A DNA stretch of 64,000 nt from Coriobacteriaceae bacterium. GTDB taxonomy: Bacteria > Actinomycetota > Coriobacteriia > Anaerosomatales > SLCP01. The stretch's first letter is position 1, and each line of letters begins with the position of its first letter. Made by a program: the position numbers and the translations under genes. This document shows, one piece after another, positions 37,007-45,823 of this stretch. The notes under the pieces were generated by a model. The model did not search any database and was not told the DNA's origin. It was given only the letters and a program-made list of their open reading frames with translations. Where the stretch lies: the NCBI GenBank assembly GCA_003563465.1, contig PWVH01000129.1, positions 429-64,428 of the forward strand. The letters run 5' to 3'.

Positions 37007-38374
37007 TCAGCGAGTCATCCCGCCGAAGAGCAGAGCACTCGCTATCGCGAAGTAGATCATCAGGCCGACGGCATCGGTTATCGAAGTCACCAGCGGGCTC
37101 GAAGCTACCGTCGGATCGCGACCGAGGCGCACGAGTATGAAGGGCAGTAGGGTCCCGATAAGGTTGGCCGAGATGACTATCGAAGCCATGGACAGACCCA
37201 CGACCACCCCTACGACAGAATCGGCCCGGAGCAGGCCGAGGAGGAAGGCGCCCACGCCTAGAGTCAGGCCTATAAGCACTCCTACGCCGACCTCTTTCAG
37301 AACAGTGCTGCGCCACTCCTTGACTTCGATGTCCTCCGTCACGAGCGCACGTACCACGAGCATCGAGGATTGAGACCCGGTGTTGCCACCGGTATCAGCC
37401 AGCAAGGGAATGAAGAAGGCCAGCGCGACTACCGAAGCCAGCACGCTCTCGTACGCGGCTATAACGCCCGAGGAGGCCAGGCTGAACACGAGCAATGCCA
37501 TCAGCCACCCGACTCGTTTCCTATAGAGCCGAAACGAAGACAGGTCTCTGTAGCTTGCCCGCAAAGGGGAGACCGAAGCCGTTCTGTGCACGTCCTCGGT
37601 GGCCTCTTCCTCGAAGACGTCAAAGATGTCGTCGGCCGTCACTATGCCGATCAGTATGCCGGCCGAATCGACCACGGGAAGGGCCACAGTGTCGTAGCGA
37701 CGCATCTGGCGCACGGCTTCCTCCCGGTCGTCGAACGCCAAAAGAGTCGCGAAAGGGGGCTGCATGATGTCTTCGACCGTCTTCCCTGGGTCGGCCAGGA
37801 TGAGGCGTCTGAGCTCGCACACGGCTACGAGACGCCAGCCGCGATCCGCAACGTAGATGATGTCGATCGTCTCGGAATCCTTCCCGCGGCGGCGTAAGTG
37901 TTCTAGCGCCTCTTCGACCGACCAGTCTGGACCCACTGCCACGTAGTCCGGTGTGGCCAAGCGTCCGACGCTTTCCTCGGGATAGCCGAGGAAATGACGC
38001 ACCTCCGCCAAGTCCTCATTGGATAGCAGGTTCAGCAGCTTCTGCGTCATCTCGCCAGGTAGCTCCTCGAACAGGTCGGTCCGGTCATCGGGAGCAAGTG
38101 AGGCGAGCAGGTTCTTGGTCTCGGTGTCCGTGAGTGCGTGCAGTATCTCGTCACGTTCGTGACGAGTCAGGTCCGAGAAGACATCAGCAGCCTTCTGCCG
38201 CGGCAGAATCCGCATCAAAGCGGCACGCTCCGGGAGCGAAAGCTCGACCAGCAAGTCGGCGATCTCGGGCACCGACATCGGCTCGAGAACACTGCGGGCT
38301 TCGCGAAGACGGCGAGCCCCCAGATGCTCGCGAATCGATGCTATCGTGAGTTCGTCTTGTTCGCGCACGGTCAT
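37007..38374 (-). CDS. mgtE: Magnesium transporter MgtE
   Basis: N-domain, tandem CBS domains, and a C-terminal 5-TM domain with the ADTGGNTGSQS motif. Confidence 0.93.
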   Translation of the reverse strand: MTVREQDELTIASIREHLGARRLREARSVLEPMSVPEIADLLVELSLPERAALMRILPRQKAADVFSDLTRHERDEILHALTDTETKNLLASLAPDDRTDLFEELPGEMTQKLLNLLSNEDLAEVRHFLGYPEESVGRLATPDYVAVGPDWSVEEALEHLRRRGKDSETIDIIYVADRGWRLVAVCELRRLILADPGKTVEDIMQPPFATLLAFDDREEAVRQMRRYDTVALPVVDSAGILIGIVTADDIFDVFEEEATEDVHRTASVSPLRASYRDLSSFRLYRKRVGWLMALLVFSLASSGVIAAYESVLASVVALAFFIPLLADTGGNTGSQSSMLVVRALVTEDIEVKEWRSTVLKEVGVGVLIGLTLGVGAFLLGLLRADSVVGVVVGLSMASIVISANLIGTLLPFILVRLGRDPTVASSPLVTSITDAVGLMIYFAIASALLFGGMTR

Positions 38375-38558
38375 GCGTCAGCTCCAAGTCGGCCCGCTTC
38401 AGGCCTCAAGATTAGATCATCTGGCCTAGTAAGCGTCGCCCCCTACTTTCAGAGAGCTATGTCGATACCTTCGAAGGGTGGCGCTATCATTATCCTTCTA
38501 AACCTTTTCAGACAGGGTAACAACTACCGCAAGAGTCGTTGGGCCGAAGGGATGATCG

Positions 38559-39497
38559 ATGGCGACAGCCACAGAACCGCAAGACGTCTACGACGTGCTG
38601 ATCGTAGGGGCCGGTCCGGCGGGCCTGACTGCCGGAATGTACTGCGCGCGCCAGGGACTGACTACTGCTGTAGTGGCTGGTGAGGTCGGCGGCCAAGCGG
38701 CATGGGCGGGCACGATCGAGAACTACCTGGGTTGGCAAGCTGTGACAGGACCCGAACTCGTAGGGCGCTTTCGCGAACACGTGTCCCAGTTCGATGTCGT
38801 CTGCTTCGAAGGACAGCTCGTGAATGCGATAGTTCCTACTGAAGACGTCCGTTTCGAAGTCTACACTCGTGAGGGCACGGTGCTATCGGCCAGGACGGTC
38901 ATCGTCGCGACCGGGAAAGCCCCGAACCGGCTCTCGGTACCCGGCGAGACAGAACTCATCGGAAAGGGAGTTTCTTACTGCGCCACTTGTGACGCGGCGT
39001 TCTTCGTCGGGTCCGACGTAGCGGTAGTGGGTCCAGGAGAATCCGCGGCTGATGCGGCCCTGCAGCTCTCAAAGCTGGGCGCACATCCCATTCTGATGTC
39101 CGAACGCGCGCTCAAGGTGGAAGAGGCCGTGCTCGCCGCTTTAGAGCGCGACGAGAAGGTGACGATACGCACCGGCGTGAAAGTCCTCGGCATAGAGGGA
39201 GCCGACGCTGTCACAGGCATCAGGATACGCAACACCGATTCGAATACCGAGGAGACCTTGTCTGTCAGCGGTGTGTTCATAGAGACAGGTGCGATCGCCG
39301 CGACTGAGTTCACGGGCGGCCTCGTCGAGACGAACGAAAAGGGCGAGGTCATCGTGGACAAGCGGTGTGCTACGAGTCATCAGGGCATCTACGCTGCCGG
39401 AGACGTGACCGACGGCCTGGGCAAACAGGTCATCATCGCCGCAGGTGAGGGTGCTCGCGCAGGTGTGGCAGTGGGCCAAGACCTGAAACGCCGGTGA
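38559..39497 (+). CDS. Thioredoxin-reductase-like FAD-dependent pyridine nucleotide-disulfide oxidoreductase
   Basis: VLIVGAGPAGLTAG FAD motif, redox-active CATCD, GIYAAGDV. The NADPH-site motif is divergent (GPGESAADAA). Confidence 0.8.
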   Translation: MATATEPQDVYDVLIVGAGPAGLTAGMYCARQGLTTAVVAGEVGGQAAWAGTIENYLGWQAVTGPELVGRFREHVSQFDVVCFEGQLVNAIVPTEDVRFEVYTREGTVLSARTVIVATGKAPNRLSVPGETELIGKGVSYCATCDAAFFVGSDVAVVGPGESAADAALQLSKLGAHPILMSERALKVEEAVLAALERDEKVTIRTGVKVLGIEGADAVTGIRIRNTDSNTEETLSVSGVFIETGAIAATEFTGGLVETNEKGEVIVDKRCATSHQGIYAAGDVTDGLGKQVIIAAGEGARAGVAVGQDLKRR

Positions 39498-39503
39498 ACA
39501 GCG

Positions 39504-40328
39504 GTGCGAGGTTATCTTCCGATCGGCGCATTCCTGATTCTCGCTGCGGTTCTTGGCGGTTGGTGGCTCGCAACAGGAGGTCTTCCGCCCCCTGATGCGC
39601 CACCTTCGTGGCTGGAAAGCGCCCGAATCGCTCATCGCGGCCTCCATACAGACGACGCACGGCGGCCCGAGAATTCGCTTGCCGCTTTTGGGGCGGCGGT
39701 CCAACAAGGCTACCCTATCGAGCTGGACGTCCACCTGACGGCCGACGGTGTCGTGGTGGTGCTGCACGACAACACATTGGAGCGGATGACCGGAGATCCA
39801 CGACGTGTTGCCGAAATCGAACTAGGCGAGCTACGCGAATTGCGACTTCTCGGAACGGATGAGCGCGTGCCCACTCTGCGTGAAGTACTCGATCTCGTTG
39901 ACGGCGCCGTGCCATTGCTCGTCGAAGTCAAGAACCCTAGTGATACGGTAGGGCCTCTGGAGAACGCAGTCGTAGATGAGCTCAAGGACTACCGGGGAGA
40001 GGTCGCGATACAGTCGTTCAACCCGTTCTCCCTGGCGGCAGTCCGCGATGCGGCGCCGGAGATTCCGCGTGGACAGCTATCCGGAAGCTTCGAGGGCGAG
40101 GACCTCGCGTTGCATGAGGTGTTCGTCTTGCGCAACCTGCTCATGAACTGGAAGAGCCGTCCCGTCTTCATCGCATACGAGCTGGATGCGCTTCCCACAT
40201 GGGGAACGACTCTGCAGCGTACGAGAGGGTGGCTGCTATTGGGCTGGACCGCCACCAGCCCTGAAGAGCTCGCTCGCGCCGACGAACTCTGCGATGGCGT
40301 GATCTTCGACCCCGGGACCTTGGAGTGA
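39504..40328 (+). CDS. Glycerophosphodiester phosphodiesterase family protein with an N-terminal TM anchor
   Basis: AHRGLH...ENSLAAF...IELDVHLTADGVVVVLHD (GDPD catalytic motifs). GTG start. Confidence 0.85.
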   Translation: MRGYLPIGAFLILAAVLGGWWLATGGLPPPDAPPSWLESARIAHRGLHTDDARRPENSLAAFGAAVQQGYPIELDVHLTADGVVVVLHDNTLERMTGDPRRVAEIELGELRELRLLGTDERVPTLREVLDLVDGAVPLLVEVKNPSDTVGPLENAVVDELKDYRGEVAIQSFNPFSLAAVRDAAPEIPRGQLSGSFEGEDLALHEVFVLRNLLMNWKSRPVFIAYELDALPTWGTTLQRTRGWLLLGWTATSPEELARADELCDGVIFDPGTLE

Positions 40329-40338
40329 CAGTGGCAGA

Positions 40339-41067
40339 CTACATCTCGCCCAGGTAGGCTCGGCGCAGCTCCTCGTTCGCGAGAAGGTCCTTCGCGTCGC
40401 CTTCTATCACGACGCGACCAGTCTGAAGCACGTAGCCCCGATTCGCGATCGAGAGCGCAGCGTGTGCATTCTGCTCCACCACGAAGATGGTGACACCCTG
40501 TTCGTTGATCGCCTGAATGATCTCGAATGCCTGTTCTACGAGCGCAGGCGCGAGTCCCATGGACGGTTCGTCCATGATCACGAGCCTCGGCTTGGACATC
40601 AACGCCCGGCCAAAGGCAACCATCTGCTGCTCACCGCCGGACAGCGTGCCCGCCCGTTGTGTACGACGCTCGTGCACTTTCGGGAAGAACTCGAAGACCC
40701 GCTCGAGGTCCTCGGCGATGCCCTGTTTGTCCGAGCGTGTGTAGGCACCCATCTCCAGATTCTCCAACACTGTGAGATGCGGGAACAGTCGGCGATTCTC
40801 TGGTACCGTCGCGATGCCACGTTTGATGCGCTCGGAAGTCCGTACGTTGTTGACGACCTTCCCGTCGAAGAGCACATCGCCTGTCGTCGGGCGCACGATG
40901 CCGAGAACGGTCTTCATAGTGGTCGACTTGCCCGAGGCGTTGCCACCCAGCAGGCACACGATCTCGCCTTCGTTCACTCTGCAGTCGATACTCTTGAGCA
41001 CCTCGATCCGCCCGTAGTGGGTGTGGACCTTCCGGAACTCAAGCAATGCTCGCGGCGCGCTTTCCAA
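40339..41067 (-). CDS. livF: Branched-chain amino acid ABC transporter ATP-binding protein (LivF type)
   Basis: GGNASGKST, LSGGEQQM, VIMDEP. Confidence 0.9.
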   Translation of the reverse strand: MESAPRALLEFRKVHTHYGRIEVLKSIDCRVNEGEIVCLLGGNASGKSTTMKTVLGIVRPTTGDVLFDGKVVNNVRTSERIKRGIATVPENRRLFPHLTVLENLEMGAYTRSDKQGIAEDLERVFEFFPKVHERRTQRAGTLSGGEQQMVAFGRALMSKPRLVIMDEPSMGLAPALVEQAFEIIQAINEQGVTIFVVEQNAHAALSIANRGYVLQTGRVVIEGDAKDLLANEELRRAYLGEM

Positions 41068-41824
41068 GGTAAGCCTCCACCACTAAGGGATCCTTGGCCA
41101 CGACGTCTGGTATGCCCTCGGCGATCTTCTCGCCATGGTCCATGACGATGACACGGTCAGAGGCTCCCATAATCACTTTCATGTCGTGCTCGATCAGCAA
41201 GATCGTGCGTCCGGCTTCGCGCAGATCGCGGATCTGATGCATCAACTCCATGGTTTCGGCAGGGTTCATGCCTGCTACTGGCTCGTCTAGGAGCAACAAC
41301 TTGGGGTCAGAGGCGAGCGCTCTCGCTATCTCGAGACGCCTACGGTTCGCGTAGGACAGCGCTTGGGCTGGCTGGCCCTGACGGCCTTCAGAGAAACGTC
41401 CTGGGAACAGCGCGAGTATCTCCTTGGCCTTCGCCTTCGCCTTCCGCTCCTCCTTGACAACAGAGGGAAGCCTCAGTATCGCCGAGAACACCCCGGTGCG
41501 CATACGGCCGTGCATACCCACCAAGACGTTCTCGAGTACGGTCATGCTCGAGAACAACCTGAGCAGCTGGAAGGTCCTTGCGATACCGAGCCCTTGCACC
41601 TGATCCGGGCGCAGACCGACCACGCTCTGGCCCTCGTAGAGGATGTCACCGTAGTCAGGCTGGTAGATTCCCGTGATCAGATTGAAAGCGGTGGTCTTGC
41701 CCGAGCCGTTCGGGCCGATGATGCTGACGATCTCTCCACGGTCTACCGTGAAGCTCAGATTCTTGACAGCGCTGAGACCCCCGAAGGTCTTGGTCACGTT
41801 CTTGAACTCAAGGATCGGAGTCAC
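41039..41824 (-). CDS. livG: Branched-chain amino acid ABC transporter ATP-binding protein (LivG type)
   Basis: GPNGSGKTT, YANRRRLEIARAL, LLLDEP. Confidence 0.9.
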   Translation of the reverse strand: MTPILEFKNVTKTFGGLSAVKNLSFTVDRGEIVSIIGPNGSGKTTAFNLITGIYQPDYGDILYEGQSVVGLRPDQVQGLGIARTFQLLRLFSSMTVLENVLVGMHGRMRTGVFSAILRLPSVVKEERKAKAKAKEILALFPGRFSEGRQGQPAQALSYANRRRLEIARALASDPKLLLLDEPVAGMNPAETMELMHQIRDLREAGRTILLIEHDMKVIMGASDRVIVMDHGEKIAEGIPDVVAKDPLVVEAYLGKRAASIA

Positions 41825-41831
41825 TACGGTG

Positions 41832-42986
41832 TCACACCTCCAAGTCCTGCTTGCCCTCTTCGATATCGAAAAGGGTCTGCAAGGTGTGTTCCTGCTCGCG
41901 AGGATCCTCCTGATGCACTTCGCGACGCCATAGCGCGTCGGGTATCAGACCTTCGGGCCTGAAGATGACCATGACGACGATGACGAGGCCGACGATCAGC
42001 ATCCTGTACTGATCGAAGTCTAAGAAGAACGTTCGCAGGAAATCCGGCCATCCTGCCATGAAGTCTCGACCGAAAATCGCCGGAAGCCATGAGGAAAAGG
42101 ACTGGCGAGTGAACTCCGGCAGAGAGTCGAGCACGACGGCACCCAGCACTGCACCAGGGATCGATCCCAGGCCTCCAAGCACAATCATGCAGACGATGAT
42201 GACCGACTGCATGAAAACGAAGTACGTAGGGTTGATGAACTGCTGATAATAGGCGAAAAGCGATCCCGCCACACCGGCTATGGCTGCACTGATGACGAGT
42301 GCGACCATCTTGGCACGCATCCCGTGTATCCCCGCAGCTTCGGCGGCGATTTCATCTTCCCGCAGCGCGTTCCACGCTCTCCCCACTCGCGAGTTCTTCA
42401 AGTTCGCCACAAGCAGCACTGCAAGGACGACGAACACCAGGATGAGGTAATAGAACTCGATCGGCCGCTCCACCAGATACCCGAAGACGGTGGGCCGGTA
42501 GATTCCTGGGATGCCGCCAGGTCCGTTCGTCACGCTCTCCCAATTGTTGAACGTATACCGTGTGACCTCACCGAATGCCAGCGTCACGATAGCAAGGTAA
42601 TCACCTCGTAACCGTAAGCTCGGCAACCCCACGAGATAGCCTGCTAGCATCGCCAGTCCGGCACTCATGACCAGAAGAGGCCAGAATGGGACCTCGAATC
42701 CGAAGCGAGGCGAACTGAACAAGGCGGTCGTGTACGCACCTATCGCGAAGAACGCTATGTAGCCGAGATTCAGCATCCCTGTCTCGCCCATGATCAGATT
42801 CAGGCCCACGGCAAGCAGGACGTACACCAGTGCACGTGTGCCGACACGAATCCATACGGTCTGGATAACCCCATACTCGACCAGCAGGGGGAATGCTGCC
42901 GCCGCCAGCAATGCGGCGAGCGCCAGCATCCATCTGGGGATCCACGGAAGAGCAGGCGCATTCGATGTGTTGCGTATCCGGCTCAT
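41832..42986 (-). CDS. livM: Branched-chain amino acid ABC transporter permease (LivM type)
   Basis: Start at MSRIRNTS (ATG 42986), directly after the livH stop. The upstream ORF-track extension overlaps livH in another frame. Confidence 0.88.
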   Translation of the reverse strand: MSRIRNTSNAPALPWIPRWMLALAALLAAAAFPLLVEYGVIQTVWIRVGTRALVYVLLAVGLNLIMGETGMLNLGYIAFFAIGAYTTALFSSPRFGFEVPFWPLLVMSAGLAMLAGYLVGLPSLRLRGDYLAIVTLAFGEVTRYTFNNWESVTNGPGGIPGIYRPTVFGYLVERPIEFYYLILVFVVLAVLLVANLKNSRVGRAWNALREDEIAAEAAGIHGMRAKMVALVISAAIAGVAGSLFAYYQQFINPTYFVFMQSVIIVCMIVLGGLGSIPGAVLGAVVLDSLPEFTRQSFSSWLPAIFGRDFMAGWPDFLRTFFLDFDQYRMLIVGLVIVVMVIFRPEGLIPDALWRREVHQEDPREQEHTLQTLFDIEEGKQDLEV

Positions 42987-42988
42987 GC

Positions 42989-44158
42989 TCAGACCTTCTC
43001 CTGGATATGCTCGCCTAGGATGCCTGACGGACGGAACATAAGCACCAGCATCAACACTATGAAAGAAATCGCATGTTGCCATTTCGACGAGAACTGATAA
43101 CCGGCGTTGAGCACGAAGGCCACCAGCATCCCCGATAGAAACACGTTCCCGAGCGTAAGGCGGACAGCGTGTCTGGCAGTCAGGCGCAAGACGGCATCGC
43201 GCCGCTCGGTGAGCACTGTCTTCACTGCGTGGTACGGAGCCAGGCGGTATAGGCGCAAGATGCGCTCGCGATACTCTTCGGCACGACCATCGGCAGCCAG
43301 AATCGCGATCCGTTTGTTCGGCGCTCTCCACAACTGTATGTAGAGACCCACCGCCAGCCCCACAGCGACCAGACCAGCGAGCCAACCCAGTGTCAGCCCG
43401 ACACCGTAGTTCTCGACCAAGCCCAAGACGAGCGCGCCGGTCACCGCACCGGGGATATTTCCTATGCCGCCCAGCACCGCCGCTGTGAAGGCCTTGAGCC
43501 CATAAAGAAACCCTGTGTCGAACTTGAGCGAGCCATAGTACATCGCCACCAGCACGCCACCCACTGCAGCGAGCGCAGAACCGACCACGAACGTGAAGGA
43601 AATGGTGCGGTTCGTCTCGATTCCCATCATCTCGGCGGCCTCGCGATCCTGCGATGTAGCTCGCATGGCCTTGCCGATGCGGGTGGCCTTCAGGAGATAG
43701 GTGAGGCCAACCATCAGCATTATCGACAGTACGATTATCCCGATGGCCAGCACCCGCACTCTGACGCCCATCAGACTCACGAACCCGCTCGGTATCACAG
43801 CCGTCGGCATGATCACCGGTTGAGAGCCGAAGATCACGATGACCATATTCTGCAGGAATATCGAGGCGCCAATCGCCGACAGAAGAGGGATGATTCGCGA
43901 AGCACCGCGCAACGGTCTGTAAGCCACCCGTTCCAGAAGCCAGCCCAACCCTGCTGTCAACACCACGGAAATAGCGAATCCAGCGGCCAGATAGAGGACC
44001 TTCGCGTACAGAGGCGTGCCGTCATCCACGCCCACCCAGATAAGGAAGGTGGCTCCGATGAAGCCTCCGATAGTGAATACCTCGCCATGTGCGAAGTTGA
44101 TGAACTCCAGTACGCCGTAGACCATCGTATACCCGAGCGCAATCAGCGCGTAGATCAT
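42989..44158 (-). CDS. livH: Branched-chain amino acid ABC transporter permease (LivH type); N-terminus unresolved and contains an insertion of about 90 aa
   Basis: IYALIALGYTMVYG ... FRPSGILG family motifs. Conserved N-terminal residues continue upstream of ATG 44158 without a canonical start (see findings). Confidence 0.85.
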   Translation of the reverse strand: MIYALIALGYTMVYGVLEFINFAHGEVFTIGGFIGATFLIWVGVDDGTPLYAKVLYLAAGFAISVVLTAGLGWLLERVAYRPLRGASRIIPLLSAIGASIFLQNMVIVIFGSQPVIMPTAVIPSGFVSLMGVRVRVLAIGIIVLSIMLMVGLTYLLKATRIGKAMRATSQDREAAEMMGIETNRTISFTFVVGSALAAVGGVLVAMYYGSLKFDTGFLYGLKAFTAAVLGGIGNIPGAVTGALVLGLVENYGVGLTLGWLAGLVAVGLAVGLYIQLWRAPNKRIAILAADGRAEEYRERILRLYRLAPYHAVKTVLTERRDAVLRLTARHAVRLTLGNVFLSGMLVAFVLNAGYQFSSKWQHAISFIVLMLVLMFRPSGILGEHIQEKV

Positions 44159-44353
44159 CCCGAGCGTCAGGCCTCCGACAGTGAGGCTGAGAAGGTGGTC
44201 CAGTGTCCATCGACTCCTTTCGGGATATCCTCACCCGGCTAACCCGGGTTTCAAATCGTCACGTAACCTATCACATCGATGCGCACAGTAGGGAGGCGCA
44301 GGTCAACCTGCGCCTCCCATGTGAACCGGGTACTACCTGGCTCGAAAGCGTTG

Positions 44354-45544
44354 CTAGCCTATGTACTCCCAGGTATCGCCTTTGAGCTCGAAGCGGGGAA
44401 TCAGATCTATGCCGGTCTTGTCGGGTGCCTCGATGTCACCGATCTCGTTGAAGCCGAAGCTCCCCATCACGCCTTGATACTCGATCTCGTGTAGCGCAGC
44501 GATGATGTCGGCTCCTTCGAAGGACTGTGCATCGACGATGGCCGTGATCAGCGCACCGAGGGCATCGTAGTTGTTCTCGGCGTAGGGGCCGGCGGGACGG
44601 CCAGTGGCCTCTTCGAATCTATCGGCAAACTCAGAAAAACCAGGCATGTCGTCTGGGCTGAACCCGCTGAACGTCGATAGCATCCCATCGGCGTTCTCCA
44701 CGCCACCGGCCTCATCGACGATCTCGTCGGACTTGATGCCGTCGCCGCCCATGAACTGCACGTCTGCCATGCCGGCTTCGACCATCTGCTTACGCACGAG
44801 ACCTGCCTCGCGGTGGTAGCCGGTGAAGATGGCCACGTCAGGATCGAAGGCGCGCATGTTGGCCACCTGAGCTGAGAAGTCCGTGTCGCCTTCCTGGCCT
44901 TCCTCGCGAAGCACCTCCACGCCACCGGCCTCAAGCGTCGCCTGCACTTCGTTACCGAGACCGACAGCGTAGTCTCCGCGGTCGTCCATCACGACGGCTC
45001 TCTCGAACCCGAGCTCGATTACCCACTCTCCGAGCGCAGCGCCCTGCAAATCGTCACGCAGGCAGGTCCGGAAGAACACGTCGAAGCCTTCCTCGGTGAT
45101 ATCGGGCAGAGTCGCCGAACCCGAGATCATCGGGATGACCGCCTCTTCGTAGATCGGCAGAGCGGCGTTCGTGTTTCCAGACGTGAGAGCACCTATGACA
45201 CCGACAACGCCCTGATCCACCAGGTTCTGGGCCACGACCGGCGACTCGGCCGGCTCGCCCTTGTCATCTAGGATGACAAGCTCGATGTCGTACTCCACAC
45301 CATCGACCACGAAACCCGAGAAGTCCTCGGCCGCCAGCTTGATTCCCTCCCGTGCAGCGAAGCCGTAGTCGGCCAGACCTCCGGTCAGCGACGTATGCAC
45401 ACCGACCTTCACGGTCTCGCGCTCGCTGACTTCAGGCTCTTCGACTTCCTCGGGCTCTGCACAACCGATGAGGCCCATGGTCGCCAGCAGCAGGGCCGCG
45501 ACGAGAATCGCCGCCACTCTACTGCTCATTCGCTTGCTGAACAC
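44354..45544 (-). CDS. Branched-chain amino acid ABC transporter substrate-binding lipoprotein (LivJ/K-like)
   Basis: Type-1 periplasmic binding fold features, lipobox LIGC. Start chosen at GTG 45544 (GGGAGG 7 nt upstream); ATG 45529 is the alternative. Confidence 0.85.
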   Translation of the reverse strand: MFSKRMSSRVAAILVAALLLATMGLIGCAEPEEVEEPEVSERETVKVGVHTSLTGGLADYGFAAREGIKLAAEDFSGFVVDGVEYDIELVILDDKGEPAESPVVAQNLVDQGVVGVIGALTSGNTNAALPIYEEAVIPMISGSATLPDITEEGFDVFFRTCLRDDLQGAALGEWVIELGFERAVVMDDRGDYAVGLGNEVQATLEAGGVEVLREEGQEGDTDFSAQVANMRAFDPDVAIFTGYHREAGLVRKQMVEAGMADVQFMGGDGIKSDEIVDEAGGVENADGMLSTFSGFSPDDMPGFSEFADRFEEATGRPAGPYAENNYDALGALITAIVDAQSFEGADIIAALHEIEYQGVMGSFGFNEIGDIEAPDKTGIDLIPRFELKGDTWEYIG

Positions 45545-45823
45545 ACAGATCAGCCTCCCTCCAATGACGCTCACGCTCCGACTACGCGCTTCCTACGCAT
45601 AGTTCGAAGGTACAATATACATGATTTGGCTTTCGCGCATACTCATCGGCGTTCTGCAAGAGAACTCCCGATATCACACGGCCGCCTGCGTTCACCTGCG
45701 AGACGACCGTGTATCCGTGCCGAGGACCGATTCGTCAGCGTGTATCTCCATGTCGTTGATAGCCGTTTTGGACGAGCGCACGCCCGGCGGCATCCAGCTC
45801 GGCTCCAACATCATCGGGACGAG

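Noticed and set aside
38375-38558. Looked for an M-box (ykoK) Mg2+ riboswitch upstream of mgtE.
   Set aside because: The 184-nt divergent intergenic region is unusually AT-rich for this genome (probably promoters), but I could not recognise the conserved M-box helices or core sequences by eye. Unresolved without cmsearch (RF00380).
42987-43385. 133-codon upstream extension of the livM ORF.
   Set aside because: It overlaps the livH coding frame, has junk composition, and a proper start (ATG 42986) follows the livH stop.
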